Origin: Hydrolagus colliei
Taxonomy: Eukaryota
Length of the DNA stretch: 64,000 nt
Assembly (NCBI GenBank): GCA_035084275.1
Contig: CM068748.1
Coordinates: 13,578,001 to 13,642,000 of the forward strand
Reading direction: 5' to 3'
How positions within the stretch are numbered: position 1 is the stretch's first letter; each line of letters opens with the position of its first letter. Positions 13,818-25,259 of this stretch are shown here, piece after piece. A program made the translations under genes and the position numbers. The notes under the pieces were generated by a model. That model was not told the origin of the DNA, searched no databases, and was given only the letters and a program-made list of their open reading frames with translations.

Positions 13818-14619
13818 CCGTATATCTCCGCTTATAAGGTGCACCCGCGTATAAGGCGCACCCCCCGTTTTTGACCTTTTCTTGGTGAAAAAAAACGGAA
13901 GCATTTTCAATGATATTGCCGGCAGAAGGGAGGAGAGACAGGAGAGACAGGTAGGTAGGGAGAGAGAGAGGCAGGCAGCCAGGCAGCCAGGGAGGGAGAG
14001 AGGGAGTCAGGGAGAGAGAGAGGGAGAGAGGCAGGCCGGCAGCGTGGGAGAGAGAGAGGGAGAGAGAGAGAGAGGCAGGCCAGCAGCCCGGGAGAGAGAG
14101 AAGGAGAGAGGCAGGCCGGCAGCCCGGGAGAGAGAGAAGGAGAGAGGCAGGCCGGCACGCAGGCAGGGAGGGAGGGAGGGAGGGAGGGAGAGCGGCAGGC
14201 CGGCAGCCCGGGAGAGAGAGAGGGAGAGAGGCAGGCCGGCACGCAGGCAGGGAGGGAGGGAGGGAGGGAGGGAGGGGGAGAGGCAGGCCGGCACACAGGC
14301 AGGCACGCAGGCAGGGAGGGAGGGAGGGAGAGCGGCAGGGAGTGAGGCAGGCAGACTGAGTTCGGCAGAAGGTAAGCACAGCACTGAAGTCCGCTGCTGC
14401 TGCCGCTGCCCGGGCGGCCGAGGCCAAAGCCCCATCACCCGCTCCTCCCAACCCCCGCCGGACACTGACCAAACCCCGGCTGACAGCGCGCCGGCCGCCC
14501 CTCCTGTTTACTGTATTTCCGAGGCTCAAAATTGCTTGTTCCTGCGTATAGGGCGCACCCCCAACTTTCGAGATCTTCCGACATGAAAAAAAGTGCACCT
14601 TATACGCGGATGTATACGG
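13818..14619. mobile_element. Non-autonomous Tc1/mariner-superfamily (Tc2/pogo-like) MITE, 802 bp, with G/A-rich minisatellite core
   Basis: TA on both sides (13816-17, 14620-21); 27-bp TIRs CCGTATATCTCCGCTTATAAGGTGCAC vs CCGTATACATCCGCGTATAAGGTGCAC (3 mismatches); subterminal GCGTATA(A/G)GGCGCACCCC repeats; GC-rich compared with the flanks. Confidence 0.9.
13921..14360 (+). repeat. Purine-rich degenerate tandem array: (GA)n, (GGGA)n and GGCAGGCCGGCA units
   Basis: Repeated gagagaggcaggccggcagcccgg units; source of the low-complexity ORFs in the track. Confidence 0.9.
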
Positions 14620-14650
14620 TAATTCCAATGTTTTCTGTTTATTTGCAAAG

Positions 14651-14677
14651 GGTGAACCTGGTCAAAAGGGAGAAAAG
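14651..14677 (+). CDS. COL13A1: COL1 exon, GEPGQKGEK (27 nt)
   Basis: ttgcaaag|GGT...AAG|gtaaga. Confidence 0.9.
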
Positions 14678-15519
14678 GTAAGATGCAAATTTGTTGATTT
14701 TCAAGAATAGAATTCAGAGAGCATTATGTTAGCAGGGTTCTGTGAGCCATGGAACAAAGTTTTTTGAGGAACCAAGTAATTTCCAGTGAATACCTTAAGT
14801 AGCAAAAAAAAAGGTTAAGCGTGTAGAAAATATGGTAATAATTAATGTAAAGAGAGAGATGTCTTTAGGTATAGTGGTGTGTGTATTTCCCATTGTATCC
14901 ATGTCCTAAGCGTTTCACAATGCTGGATTGAGATAACATGTAAGAAGACATTTAGTGTAGATTCTCCTCCCCATTGCTCTAAATTGAATATTGCAATGGC
15001 GAGCTTCAGTTCCCAATTTGCAAATTATTGAAGAGGAAGATTATGTATCCAAAATTTCTGTTCTTTAGCTGAATTCTGCGAGCAGTTTGAAACCATAAAA
15101 TTACGAGGAGATCTGTGACACGCCAGAAAGTCCATCTATGTCTCTCCCTTTTCCATTTCGAGTATTATGTAGTGGTTTAGGGATTGGACTTCTTCTTTAT
15201 GAAGCTTTAAGTTTTTAGCTTATGTGTTGTTTGTTTTGATCAGTTTTAAAGGATTTAAATTGAGGCAACTGATATCAAAAGCATACCTAAAAATCCCAGG
15301 ATTATCTTAATAAATCTTGTAACAGGCACATTAAAGATTTGAACTACTTGAATTTGCCGGAATTCTATTTGTATAAATTAAATATAAAATGAACAATAAT
15401 ATTTACATAAAGTAATCTTTACAAACCAAAGTGACTGTTACAATATTGTGACTGCACAAATGGCACGCAGGGCAATGGCTTGTTTTGAGGAGTGAATAAC
15501 TGTGTAAGATTGTACAAAG

Positions 15520-15635
15520 ATAATTACGGGATACAGCTTCTTGTTTGGGCACAAAATGTCAAGCAAATACCAGGATCGTGGAAGACGAACTAGATGGATC
15601 TTGGTGTTCTTTCACCTAGCAAATTCTTAGTATCT
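15520..15635 (+). mobile_element. CR1-like 3'UTR fragment
   Basis: GACGAACTAGATGGATCTTGG...CTAGCAAATTCTTA, a CR1-type stem-loop end. Confidence 0.5.
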
Positions 15636-15731
15636 TTTGTTCTTCTATTTGCTTCTGCGTACTAGATACATAAGTCAAACTATTAGTGAATATGCAACAG
15701 CAAAACATTTTCCTTTTATTGCTTTTTTTAG

Positions 15732-15761
15732 GGTCATCGTGGAGAATCTGGATTGCATTTT
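15732..15761 (+). CDS. COL13A1: COL1 exon, GHRGESGLHF (30 nt, one-residue interruption)
   Basis: ttttttag|GGT...TTT|gtaagt; similar to the exon at 18592. Confidence 0.8.
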
Positions 15762-16861
15762 GTAAGTAGCTACCACTGCTGCAATGTACTCTGCAATGGG
15801 ATCCTTTCATTCTTATTGATTATTAGTCACTATTTTCTTGATCATGGTCAATGATCTTGTAGAGTGTGGAACACTTCTGTTTTGTTAGAACCAAGAATTC
15901 CCTTGGTCTTAGTGTAACATCATTAAATTGTCAGACAATTCTCATTGAAATGAGGATGAGGTGGGTGTATAAATGGAAAGGTCTTGTGTCTGGAAAACAG
16001 ATTTAAAAGATGAGGTTTGTCATTGAATCAAGTTGTTTATTTTCTCTGGGCAGTTCTGAATTATCTGTCAATGCTTTTTGTGGGATCTAACATACATTTT
16101 GCTCGCTGACGTTCTGTGCTTATAATAGAAATCCCATTATAAGTTTGTGGTTTATACTGGGGTCAACATTTTGTGCAAATTGGGGATTCAAAATAACCAG
16201 TTTCCAAAATACTTCCTAATTCAAGTTGTGTATAAATAATAAACAATTGACAAACAAAAAAGATTGTTAACAGTAAAACAGACTTCCAAAATGCACTGCT
16301 GGCTCCAGTTGAAACTTGGCAGCGGATGGACTGGGATTTCATGTGTGGAGCATTAAGCCTGAAGTTGGAGGACACTTTGTGCCTAGATCAGGGTTTGGTA
16401 CTTAAATGTTATACTGTACTTGGATCAGGCACTGCATACAATTGGAAGGAGCGATTTCATACAATAGAATTCTGTACTTGGATCAATACACGTTTACCTG
16501 GAGATGATTGTTGCAGTTAAAAACAGCTGTTGCCTTCATACAATTGGGACCTGATTTAAAACACAGGCACAAAATGGCTTTGTTCTGTGCTAAAATGTCT
16601 TGGAAAATACTTATTGATGCTCAGCGGCTAGCTAACTGGATCCTCTATTCCAGGTAGCTAGTGATCCTTTTTTAAATACTGTACTATGCTTTCGCTCTAA
16701 TGTGTAAAGTGTTGGTCTCCATTTTTGAACCTGCTTCAGTTCATTGTAAACTTTTTTTCATATACAGTATATCATGATATAGTATACTAACGCTTGAGTA
16801 TCCCTCTTTTGGCCTAACCAAGGCAGCATTTCACTATGACTCATTGTTTGTGTTTGTGCAG

Positions 16862-16879
16862 GGTCTAAAGGGTGAGAAG
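16862..16879 (+). CDS. COL13A1: 18-nt microexon, GLKGEK
   Basis: tttgtgcag|GGTCTAAAGGGTGAGAAG|gtgagc. Confidence 0.8.
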
Positions 16880-17605
16880 GTGAGCATGTTTTCCTTTTTC
16901 CAGTATTTGTAAGATTGCACTATCTTTAGAGATCTCTGCATCTTACTCTTTAATACTGTATTCAACTTTGCAAAGTTATAAAATATATTTTTCTTAAATT
17001 AAAATAGTGATTGCCCTTACACTAGCCTTCACTATAGAATTCTTGATATGCCATGCTGACTAAAGCAGTGTGCACTTCTCAAAGTGCTGTATTTAACAGG
17101 GAAACCATACCAACCACTATTACTAAATTATGCTCCCTGCTTTGAACATGCGCTTTTTACAAGACTTCTAGAACCTGCCCTGTACTATATTGTACAATAT
17201 TCATAAACCGCTTTTTAACTATGCGAAACATAGAACGTTTGCATGTAGCTCATATATATATATTGCTTTGTGCTATAAGGGAATATAATTTTTTGTCAAT
17301 AGCTGCATGTGCTCAAAATAATGTAGAATATTTAAATGATGGATTATTTATTAAGAATACCATAAAAATTGTTTCTATAGAGTGTACCATTTGGAAAAGA
17401 AAGTTATTTAACAATACTGTTTGAATCTGAATCAATTTCAAACTAGTATTTCTGACATGTTGAAACATGGCAAAATGTAAAGCATATCTAATGGAGATAT
17501 AAAACTTCTTGCCGCCTCACATATTGCACTGTGTTCGCGACATCATTGCCATAGTTCCTTGTTATCAATGAATACAGTAGGAATTCCCCCAAGTCTGGAT
17601 TTTTA

Positions 17606-17730
17606 CAGTGAATGTACTAACATCTGATTGGACACTGAATGCACTGACTTCTGATTTGAGCAGTGAATGCACTAATATCTAACTTGGGCAGTGAACATGC
17701 CAGTTCTGACTTTGACAATGAATGTGCCAA
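17606..17730 (+). repeat. Degenerate 27-28-bp minisatellite, about 4.5 units
   Basis: CAGTGAATG(C/T)ACTAA...TCTGA(T/C)TTG units in tandem. Confidence 0.7.
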
Positions 17731-17921
17731 TAAGCTATTAATGTATTAATATTTCTTAAAAATGGATTCTACACCATTCATTGGGAATAATGTGCAATAC
17801 CTCCTTATCATATTAATTGCAGAAATGTTAAGGGACAAGAAATAACAATAAAAAGACACCAAAGGATTACATATAAGGTGGCTGCATGTATACGTTTAAA
17901 ATATTGCTCAGCTGGGGCAAG

Positions 17922-17973
17922 AACAACAACAATAAAATTACAATTATAGAGTGCCTTTCACGTCAGGAGGACA
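17922..17973 (-). mobile_element. LINE2 extreme 3' end
   Basis: (CAA)n...TATAGAGTGCCTTTCACGTCAGGAGGAC. Confidence 0.7.
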
Positions 17974-18591
17974 TGAAAGGCAAGAAAGGGTTACTGTCTT
18001 TATTGTAACACATCTCTTTTTAGGTTACTTTTTGTAATGCTAATGTTTGGGTTGCTTTGGGGGAAAGTACATACAATTATTTTTTTCTCTTTTATAAGTG
18101 ATGAAGAATTATTTTTAATATTTCAGTGTTAACGGTTCAAATGTTTCTGCCATTTTGTTCCAAACATACAAAGTTCACAAACATATTGGTCTATATTTCA
18201 AAATCTAGTGCCTTGCTAGTTTTAGTTGTGCTTTGGTATTATATATATTGCTGTTGCACTACAGTATAATTATACATATTGCTTTAATGAATATATTTGG
18301 CATATATCTTCCACCATCATGTCAACTGCGAGCAGGCGAGTGTTTGGTCCACGTCCTCTGAATTTATAAAGGAAGCTGATTCTTCAGAACCTAGTTTGTG
18401 AAATGGAAAACAAAACACTGAAAAAAATTTGTCAATAGAAACAAATAATGTTACCAGTTTATATACTATAGAGTAGCCACTCACAAGTTCAAAAAGATGT
18501 TGATTTTCTTCAATTCTTTTCATTCATGGAGAGAAAGCTAAAATGAACACTGCATTAAAACATAAATCTCAACAAACTTCCCTTCTTTTAG

Positions 18592-18618
18592 GGCCAGCGT
18601 GGAGATTCTGGACTCTCA
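18592..18618 (+). CDS. COL13A1: Last COL1 exon, GQRGDSGLS (27 nt)
   Basis: cttttag|GGC...TCA|gtaagt. Confidence 0.9.
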
Positions 18619-19099
18619 GTAAGTGACTTGTCTACTACATAATACATTTTCTACAATAAAGATAAATGGTATAAAAACAACAGTGTTTATGCATACTGGG
18701 GGGTGAATGAATAAATACTGTGTGCACTCTTGTGTGTGTTGCAATGAAATATTTGGAAATAACTAAGTTAATAATAAAATGTTGTTTGGTTATTCATGAA
18801 TTGAAGTCATAATGAGTTTGAAATATAACCTGGAATGGGCAGATGAAGGAGATTTTTTTTTAAAAAATTGTATTTGAAGTCTCATTTAGTGATCCCATTG
18901 CAGAGCATACAGTTTATTCATGAGTTGTCATGCAAAGCTTGGAAATGGCTTTGTCTGTGATTTCTTTTCTCCTCTTCCCAAACACAAGTTTCTAAACTTG
19001 TAAAACCTAACCTTTGATAGATTCAGCCACTAACCCCCACCCCATCTCTGAACAGATAAACATCAAAATATTGCATCCATAGTACAATACTTGCAAGTA

Positions 19100-19336
19100 A
19101 GTAGGAACCTGATTGTTCGTTGATTGGAAGATCGCTTTTCTGGTGGTAATAATTCCATTAAAAAAAGTGGTCACTTAATCCACGGCTGTTTTGGGAAAAC
19201 TGCTGTGCGCAATTGGTTGCCGCATTTTACCCACAAAATATACAGTCAATTCACTGTACAGTAAATTCTGTGAAGCACTTTGAGGCCTCTAGAAGATGTG
19301 ATAAGGCACTATATCAAATACTAGGATTACTATTAT
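19100..19336 (+). mobile_element. Same SINE family, 5'-truncated
   Basis: GCTGTGCGCAATTGG...ATACAGTCAATTCAC...TGTGAAGCACTTTGAG and tail. Confidence 0.8.
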
Positions 19337-20911
19337 ACTTTCAGTCTGACTTGGGGAAACAACCCCCAAATTGTTTTTAATTGGAAATCGAATGAGGGAA
19401 TCTTGATTCTTTAAACTTGCAATATAAGTCCGTTGCATTCTGAAACTGTTTTCTAGTTCCTGCTCCATGGATAGTCTGTGCAGCTGACTCAGTCCATATA
19501 TATTGGGTAGCATCAGCACACCACAAAAAAAATTTAGTCCATAATAAATCCTGCGGATCCTGTGAGGGGAAGGCTTGTCGCTGGAGGATTTAATTAAGTG
19601 GTGTTGAAGATCTGATAACAGCTGTGAGGTTGTCCTTGTGCCACTGAGTCTCCTGGCGAGGGTCAAACCAGTCCGTAAGATAATTACAGCGATATAGAAG
19701 GCTGATAGGGCTATGACTTTGCTAGCTACACATCAACTGTATTTGCTTTGTAAAATCAGAGTGACAGGAACTGTCGAAGTTGGAATGTCAGTCAGGTCAG
19801 CCTTCTGCCCCAGTACATCGTTAACACCGAAGCAGCAGGAAATATTATGAAGAGACCCACATTTTTTAATCAACCTATAGCTTATTACTTCAGAACCACC
19901 CCTTCAGTTTTACATCATCTCATTTTAATTTAATTGCTGCTTGACTGGAAGTTAATTTGAGTCCAGCATAGAGTGTGTAATGTAATGCTTCTAGCCTGAT
20001 ATTAGGAGCAACTAAATGGCTCTGTAACTACTTAGTTGAATTCAGATATGGGGTTAGCAAACAAAGGCGCAGATTCTTAATTATTACAAAATGTCACTGT
20101 TGTCATCACCTTCATTTTTAGAAAAAATGACAGTAGCTCAGCCTCCATTGCTTCCATTCTCCTACTGATCTCAGTCAGGTGCCATGCTGAAATAGGAACA
20201 AATCTGTACATTTCATTCCTGACCCCGTGGGGTTAGGCATGCACAGCCAGAATACAGGAGAGGAGAAGAGAGCACAAAGTTACAAAGTAAATCCCATAAA
20301 TTTGTGAATAAAAATTATTGTCCACAACACTTAAGGTATCTCTTCTTTTTTCTCTATCCTTTTCTGTCCTATTTTCTTCCAATGAAGAATTCAGGCAATT
20401 TTGCTGTTGATGTGTGTGGTTTGAAGAGCAGAAATAGCAGTGTAACAATATGACAGGTGCTCTGATTTAGATATGAAATTCAATTCTTGTCAGTCAGAGT
20501 TAACATAGCAAGTGCAGTTGGCACAAAGCTGCCATTGGCAATACAAAATAATGTACTGTATCATATCAGCCTCCTATATTGCTGTAATTATCTTACACAA
20601 TAAAAACATGACCCAGTCAACTTTCATAGAAATGGTATGTCCATTTCTGCCCCATCTAGATTGTATTTCAGAATATTTCATCAAAACAACTGTTTTAATT
20701 ACTCAAGCTACTTTACATATTGTGTGTATTCAAGTGAGTGTGGGTTTGAGTGTGTGTGTTGCAAGTTTCAGCTGAAAAGTTGATAGTAGAACTTATTCTA
20801 AGCATTGTTTCTGCTACTTTCCATGTCACAGCAATAGGTTGCTTGTGAAATTAATACTATTTTTGATGATATTCCACCAAACAAATTATATGGGTAGTTG
20901 TTCAGTGAAGA

Positions 20912-21198
20912 TGGAGTCCTGTAGCTTAGCCATTAAAGCACTCGCCTTATGAGCGAGAGACCTGGGTTTAATTTAGGCAAGGCGAAATCTTGGGCAAGTT
21001 TCCGAACTCCACATACCTGATAATCCCCCCACAAAAAAGGTCATTTCAATAATCGACTGTTTGTGGGACACTGCTGTGCACAATTGACTGCTGCGTTTCA
21101 CCCACATATTTACAGTCAATTCACTTTATCTGTGAAGCGCTTTGAGATGTCTAGAAAACGTGAAAAGCGCTATATCAAATGCAAGGCTTATTATTATT
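20912..21198 (+). mobile_element. tRNA-derived SINE, near full-length with internal deletion (resembles recalled chimaera SINE2 family)
   Basis: tRNA-like head TGGAGTCCTGTAGCTTAG...GGTTTAATTT; tail TGAAAAGCGCTATATCAAATGCAAGG(ATT)n; many sister copies in the window. Confidence 0.85.
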
Positions 21199-21270
21199 CA
21201 GAAAGGGTTGAAGATTTTACTGTTAAAACAAAAATAACAAATGCCAAGCCATTTTGTATAATAGTAATAT

Positions 21271-21348
21271 AATAATAATAATCCTTGCATTTGACGTCTT
21301 GCAATAATCCTTACAATCGCGCTTTTCACGTCTTCTAGACGTCTCAAA
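21271..21348 (-). mobile_element. Rearranged SINE tail fragments, inverted relative to the 20912 copy
   Basis: AATAATAATAATCCTTGCATTTGA and GCGCTTTTCACGTCTTCTAGACGTCTCAAA. Confidence 0.8.
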
Positions 21349-21683
21349 CATATATAAATAATATATACAAAAATGTGCGTGCACATTTATTATGTGTGGA
21401 GGGAACAAACGTGATAAATTTGTATCCTATCTGTCCCTATCCTGGAGTCTGAAATTACAAACACAATGGCTGACGGGGTTGGAAAAATTCAAGACTACAT
21501 GGCCTTCAAAATTTAACTTTAAAGTTTAACTTTGTAGGGTCGACGGTAAGTGGAGTATTCTTTATTTAAAAAAGACAAAAGGTTACTTTAAGAATACTAT
21601 GCACATTTATGAAAACGAGTGAAGAAGAATGATTCTGTCTGCCTGTGGATAGAATCACCCAGTTTCTATGTTGCATTCTGTAG

Positions 21684-21740
21684 GAGTTCCCTGGGACCTC
21701 ACTAGCAGCACTTCGTCTAAATCAGATCCTGACTGTGAAG
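21684..21740 (+). CDS. COL13A1: NC2 exon, EFPGTSLAALRLNQILTVK (57 nt)
   Basis: ttctgtag|GAG...AAG|gtttgt; same length and AALR..QI...K pattern as the recalled human NC2 exon ECLSSMPAALRSSQIIALK. Confidence 0.85.
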
Positions 21741-22360
21741 GTTTGTGGGTGCTTTCACTGTCACTATGATCAGTCTTGCAACAGAGTGAGTCGTCTTGTT
21801 TTTGAAGGCAATATTTTCATTTCTGCAAACACGCAGCACGGCAAACCAATTCGTAAAGATTGGGAACTAACCTGTAATTGGTTTATTTGACTACATTTTG
21901 AGCTGAAGATTGATATTGTTCCATTTGACTGGAGAACTAAATTCTGTATTGAAAACTATTTTGATGAGAGCGAATGCAAAATCTGACATGTTGGCTCACT
22001 TTGTCATATGACTGAATCGCAACTCTTCATTTAAAGCCAGCAACAAGTTCTGAGGGTGGTCTTTGGTGAAGAACAATTTGCCTTTTCTATGGATTACATT
22101 TCTTTTCCTGTAACTTTTGTCATATGACGAAAGGGTTTATATTTTCACCAATTTCACCCGTATGCAAACATTGATGTTGCTGGTTTTCTCTCAATTGTCA
22201 AGCTCTGCTGCTTTTCTCAACATTCTCATCTTTTTTTCCTATATTCTCCCCACTCCCTCCCCCCTCCCACCCCCCCCACCCCCCCAATCCTTTGCTGGCA
22301 TCAACTCATGACCTTTGGCTTTGTACTGGCCTGTGAATTCTGGCTCATCTGGCTGTTCAG

Positions 22361-22432
22361 TTTACACCTCCTGGATTGTCTGTGCTGCTAGCAGCTGACG
22401 AGCAGTATATCAAACGCCATCACTACTTCAAG
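22361..22432 (+). CDS. COL13A1: Second NC2 exon, FTPPGLSVLLAADEQYIKRHHYFK (72 nt)
   Basis: ctgttcag|TTT...AAG|gtaaac; open phase-0 frame; IKR motif shared with recalled COL13/COL25 NC2. Confidence 0.78.
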
Positions 22433-22662
22433 GTAAACTTATTTTCTGTTGCCAAGGGCCAATGTGTTCCTTTTCTGTTTTCCTTTTTTTTTCTTCTTCT
22501 TCTCCTTTGTTCCTTTCTATTTATCTAGTCTTTGGTTATGAAGTATGCTTTTGGCTGCCCTACATAATACCATTTCTTCTGTCTTAATCAGAGAACCAAT
22601 TGCAAGCCATTGGTTCAGATGGCTCACAGCTTTAACTTGTCGTCTTTTTTATTCAATCTCAG

Positions 22663-22779
22663 GGTGAACCAGGACAAGCTGATAATAACTATTCTCCAGG
22701 GCCTCCAGGTCCCCCAGGGCCCCCCGGACCCAAAGGACCTCCAGGGTATTCAGGACATCCAGGGGCAAATGGATTACCA
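22663..22779 (+). CDS. COL13A1: NC2/COL2 exon, GEPGQADNNYSPGPPGPPGPPGPKGPPGYSGHPGANGLP (117 nt)
   Basis: aatctcag|GGT...CCA|gtatgt. Confidence 0.95.
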
Positions 22780-23268
22780 GTATGTTTTGAGTGTTCCCAT
22801 TTATTCTTTGGCCTTAAAAGTTTTTTTTTATGTCTTTCCAGTGACCATAGTAAAACGATGAGACACTTCATGGAGGAAACCCAAAGTTTACTACTTTTTG
22901 CATCCTTATTGAATTTCAAGCCTTTTAAGAAGATCATACCACTGCACCACATAGTCCTACAAACTTTTGTAGTTACATTAAAAATCCAAGCATTCGATTC
23001 ATTTCAGAATATTCAAGCTGCAACCTAAATGCAGCCAGTGACCATTATCAATACTTGTATGTCCATTGAGAAATACAAACAAATTAAATATTGGAAAGAA
23101 GCAATATTGGAAGTCAAATATACAAACTGCCACTTTGATTGCAAAGTTCATGAGTTTTTGCCTGTTTCTTAACGACATAGAGCATTTTCTATGTTCTCAA
23201 TATGATATGACAAGGACATTGAAGAGTTGCCCATATCAAACAATGGCATATGATTATTTATTTCTCAG

Positions 23269-23313
23269 GGGAAAACTGGAGAACCTGGAAAACCAGGAAG
23301 AGATGGAATGAGG
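23269..23313 (+). CDS. COL13A1: COL2 exon, GKTGEPGKPGRDGMR (45 nt)
   Basis: tttctcag|GGG...AGG|gtaggt. Confidence 0.93.
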
Positions 23314-24118
23314 GTAGGTACCCATGATTCAAATAGTTTATTATGTAAATGATTTGGCAAAGTAACTCATTATATTTTCAAATGACATTAATTCAACAAA
23401 GTCTCATTATTTCAAAATATGTGTTGTAATTTCTTCTTTCTTTCCCTGCAATACACTGGCCCCTCTCTAAGTTGGCACACAAGTGAGCTTTCCCCGGAGA
23501 TTAGTTTGTGCAGCTATAACAAATGATAGTCATAGCACATCGTCCTTGTTCCAATGTAAAAGCATTTATCATATTTTTCTCCCCTCAACTTTGGCCGAGG
23601 TTTCGGAATTCACTGCACTTTTTGTTACTTTTCTTTTTCTTTTGAGTAGTCTGCACAACGGAGTCTTGCAACAAATTCACATGTGCTACATTTTAAAAAG
23701 TAAATCATTCGTTACATTCCTGCTGCAGTAACTTAATCCAAAGACGCAAAAACCTTTTTTCTCCCAAGATGGTCATTTGTACAGTAGAAGCATTACTCTA
23801 GAGTAGAGTACTGGAAATTGTGTGGTAACTGAAAGCTTCAACAACACTATTTATGTTGAGGATCCACTTATTAACTTTTCAATAATCATTCGCTGGGAAT
23901 GTTGCACCTTGATTCTGTGCTGTACAATTTAACCCATTTTATTTTTTAAATCACGGTGATAAATAGTGATAATTGAATTACATTTGAATTACCATGTCAC
24001 TTTTTGCCTTAAAACATTACAATTTCACTCTTCACATTTCCTAGTATTGTCAGACAGTTTGTTACTATCAGTTAAAAGTGGCCTGTTCACATCTTGTCAC
24101 CGTCTTTTCGTTTTTCAG

Positions 24119-24145
24119 GGCTCAACTGGAATGACCGGTATGAAG
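24119..24145 (+). CDS. COL13A1: COL2 exon, GSTGMTGMK (27 nt)
   Basis: tttttcag|GGC...AAG|gtaatg. Confidence 0.9.
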
Positions 24146-24539
24146 GTAATGAATTGCTTGTCTATTTAGTTTCTAGGATAATATTAATAAATCCTTTTTT
24201 GAGGACAAGTTCATGTAAAGTCAAGCTATTGTGAAGCATTTGCTCTGTTATGTGTCTTTATTCCAAGGCAGAGTATGAAGCCTGAACATAGTAAAATTAA
24301 TTTTGGCATTCTGCATCCAACAAAGGATTGCGGAATAAAACTGATTGAATTTTTTTAACAGCAGATTTTAATTGTCTCCATTTGCAAGTTGATGATAACA
24401 ATGTAGGAAAAATGAATGGTTCTACATTAGAGAAAAATTGCTGTCTTTTCAATATTGAGTGCATTAATGCAGACTATATGTGGATTTAGATATTCTTCTA
24501 GAAAATTGTAGGTAACTCATTTTCACATTCTAATCACAG

Positions 24540-24566
24540 GGTGATTCCGGACGTCCAGGTGAAAAG
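24540..24566 (+). CDS. COL13A1: COL2 exon, GDSGRPGEK (27 nt)
   Basis: aatcacag|GGT...AAG|gtaaga. Confidence 0.92.
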
Positions 24567-25223
24567 GTAAGACCGCTTTTTGCATTTACCCTAATTTATT
24601 AGTTCAAAAGTTCCAAGCCTAAACTAAATACAATTGGTTTACTTAAAATTGCAAATATAATGTTACTGTTTGACACTGTGTGAAATATTAAATGATTCCT
24701 TGAGTAACCAGAATTATCAAATTCTGAAACACCATCCTTAATTTTCAAGCTGGTTTCCTTTTCAGATCTATAGGAAATTTGTTTTAAAGTTAAAACTGAA
24801 TTCAACAATTGCCCCATTCTGGACACTCTGAAATGCTAGATTAATTGAGTAAATCTAGACTGGTTGAATTTATATCCCCTGCCCCCACCCCATATCTACT
24901 GCATTAGATAAACCATGTTCTGTGCATGATAGTGAATTTCACCTCATTTTGCAAAGACAAAACATAACATCTGGAACATAGGGTACAGTAGACATTTGTG
25001 CCACTGTATATTGATTATTTTTCGTATACCATTTTAATTGGTTATACTTACTAAATATTAACACATAAAAAATGAAAGGACTATAAATTAAAACAGCTTA
25101 TTCTTCATTATAAATGAAGATGTATTTGATCGTGGAGCTTTATTTAAAACTCCTGCCTTTGAAGCAGCATTAGAGAGAAAATGAAAAAAAAACTATCATT
25201 TACTTTTGTTTCCTGTCATCCAG

Positions 25224-25259
25224 GGTGATCCAGGTACTACTGGAAAGTCAGGAGCAAAG
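25224..25259 (+). CDS. COL13A1: COL2 exon, GDPGTTGKSGAK (36 nt)
   Basis: tcatccag|GGT...AAG|gtgatt. Confidence 0.9.

Noticed and set aside
13729-14628. Long ORFs (299, 234, 152 and 129 aa) on both strands
   Set aside because: Low-complexity translations of the G/A-rich minisatellite inside the MITE; no transposase DDE/D motif or other domain.
17606-17730. About 28-bp repeats as a CRISPR-like array
   Set aside because: Units are adjacent and degenerate with no unique spacers or cas genes; eukaryotic intron minisatellite.
22689-22952. Minus-strand Pro/Gly-rich ORF (also 48060-48242 and 55843-56208)
   Set aside because: Antisense shadows of plus-strand collagen exons.
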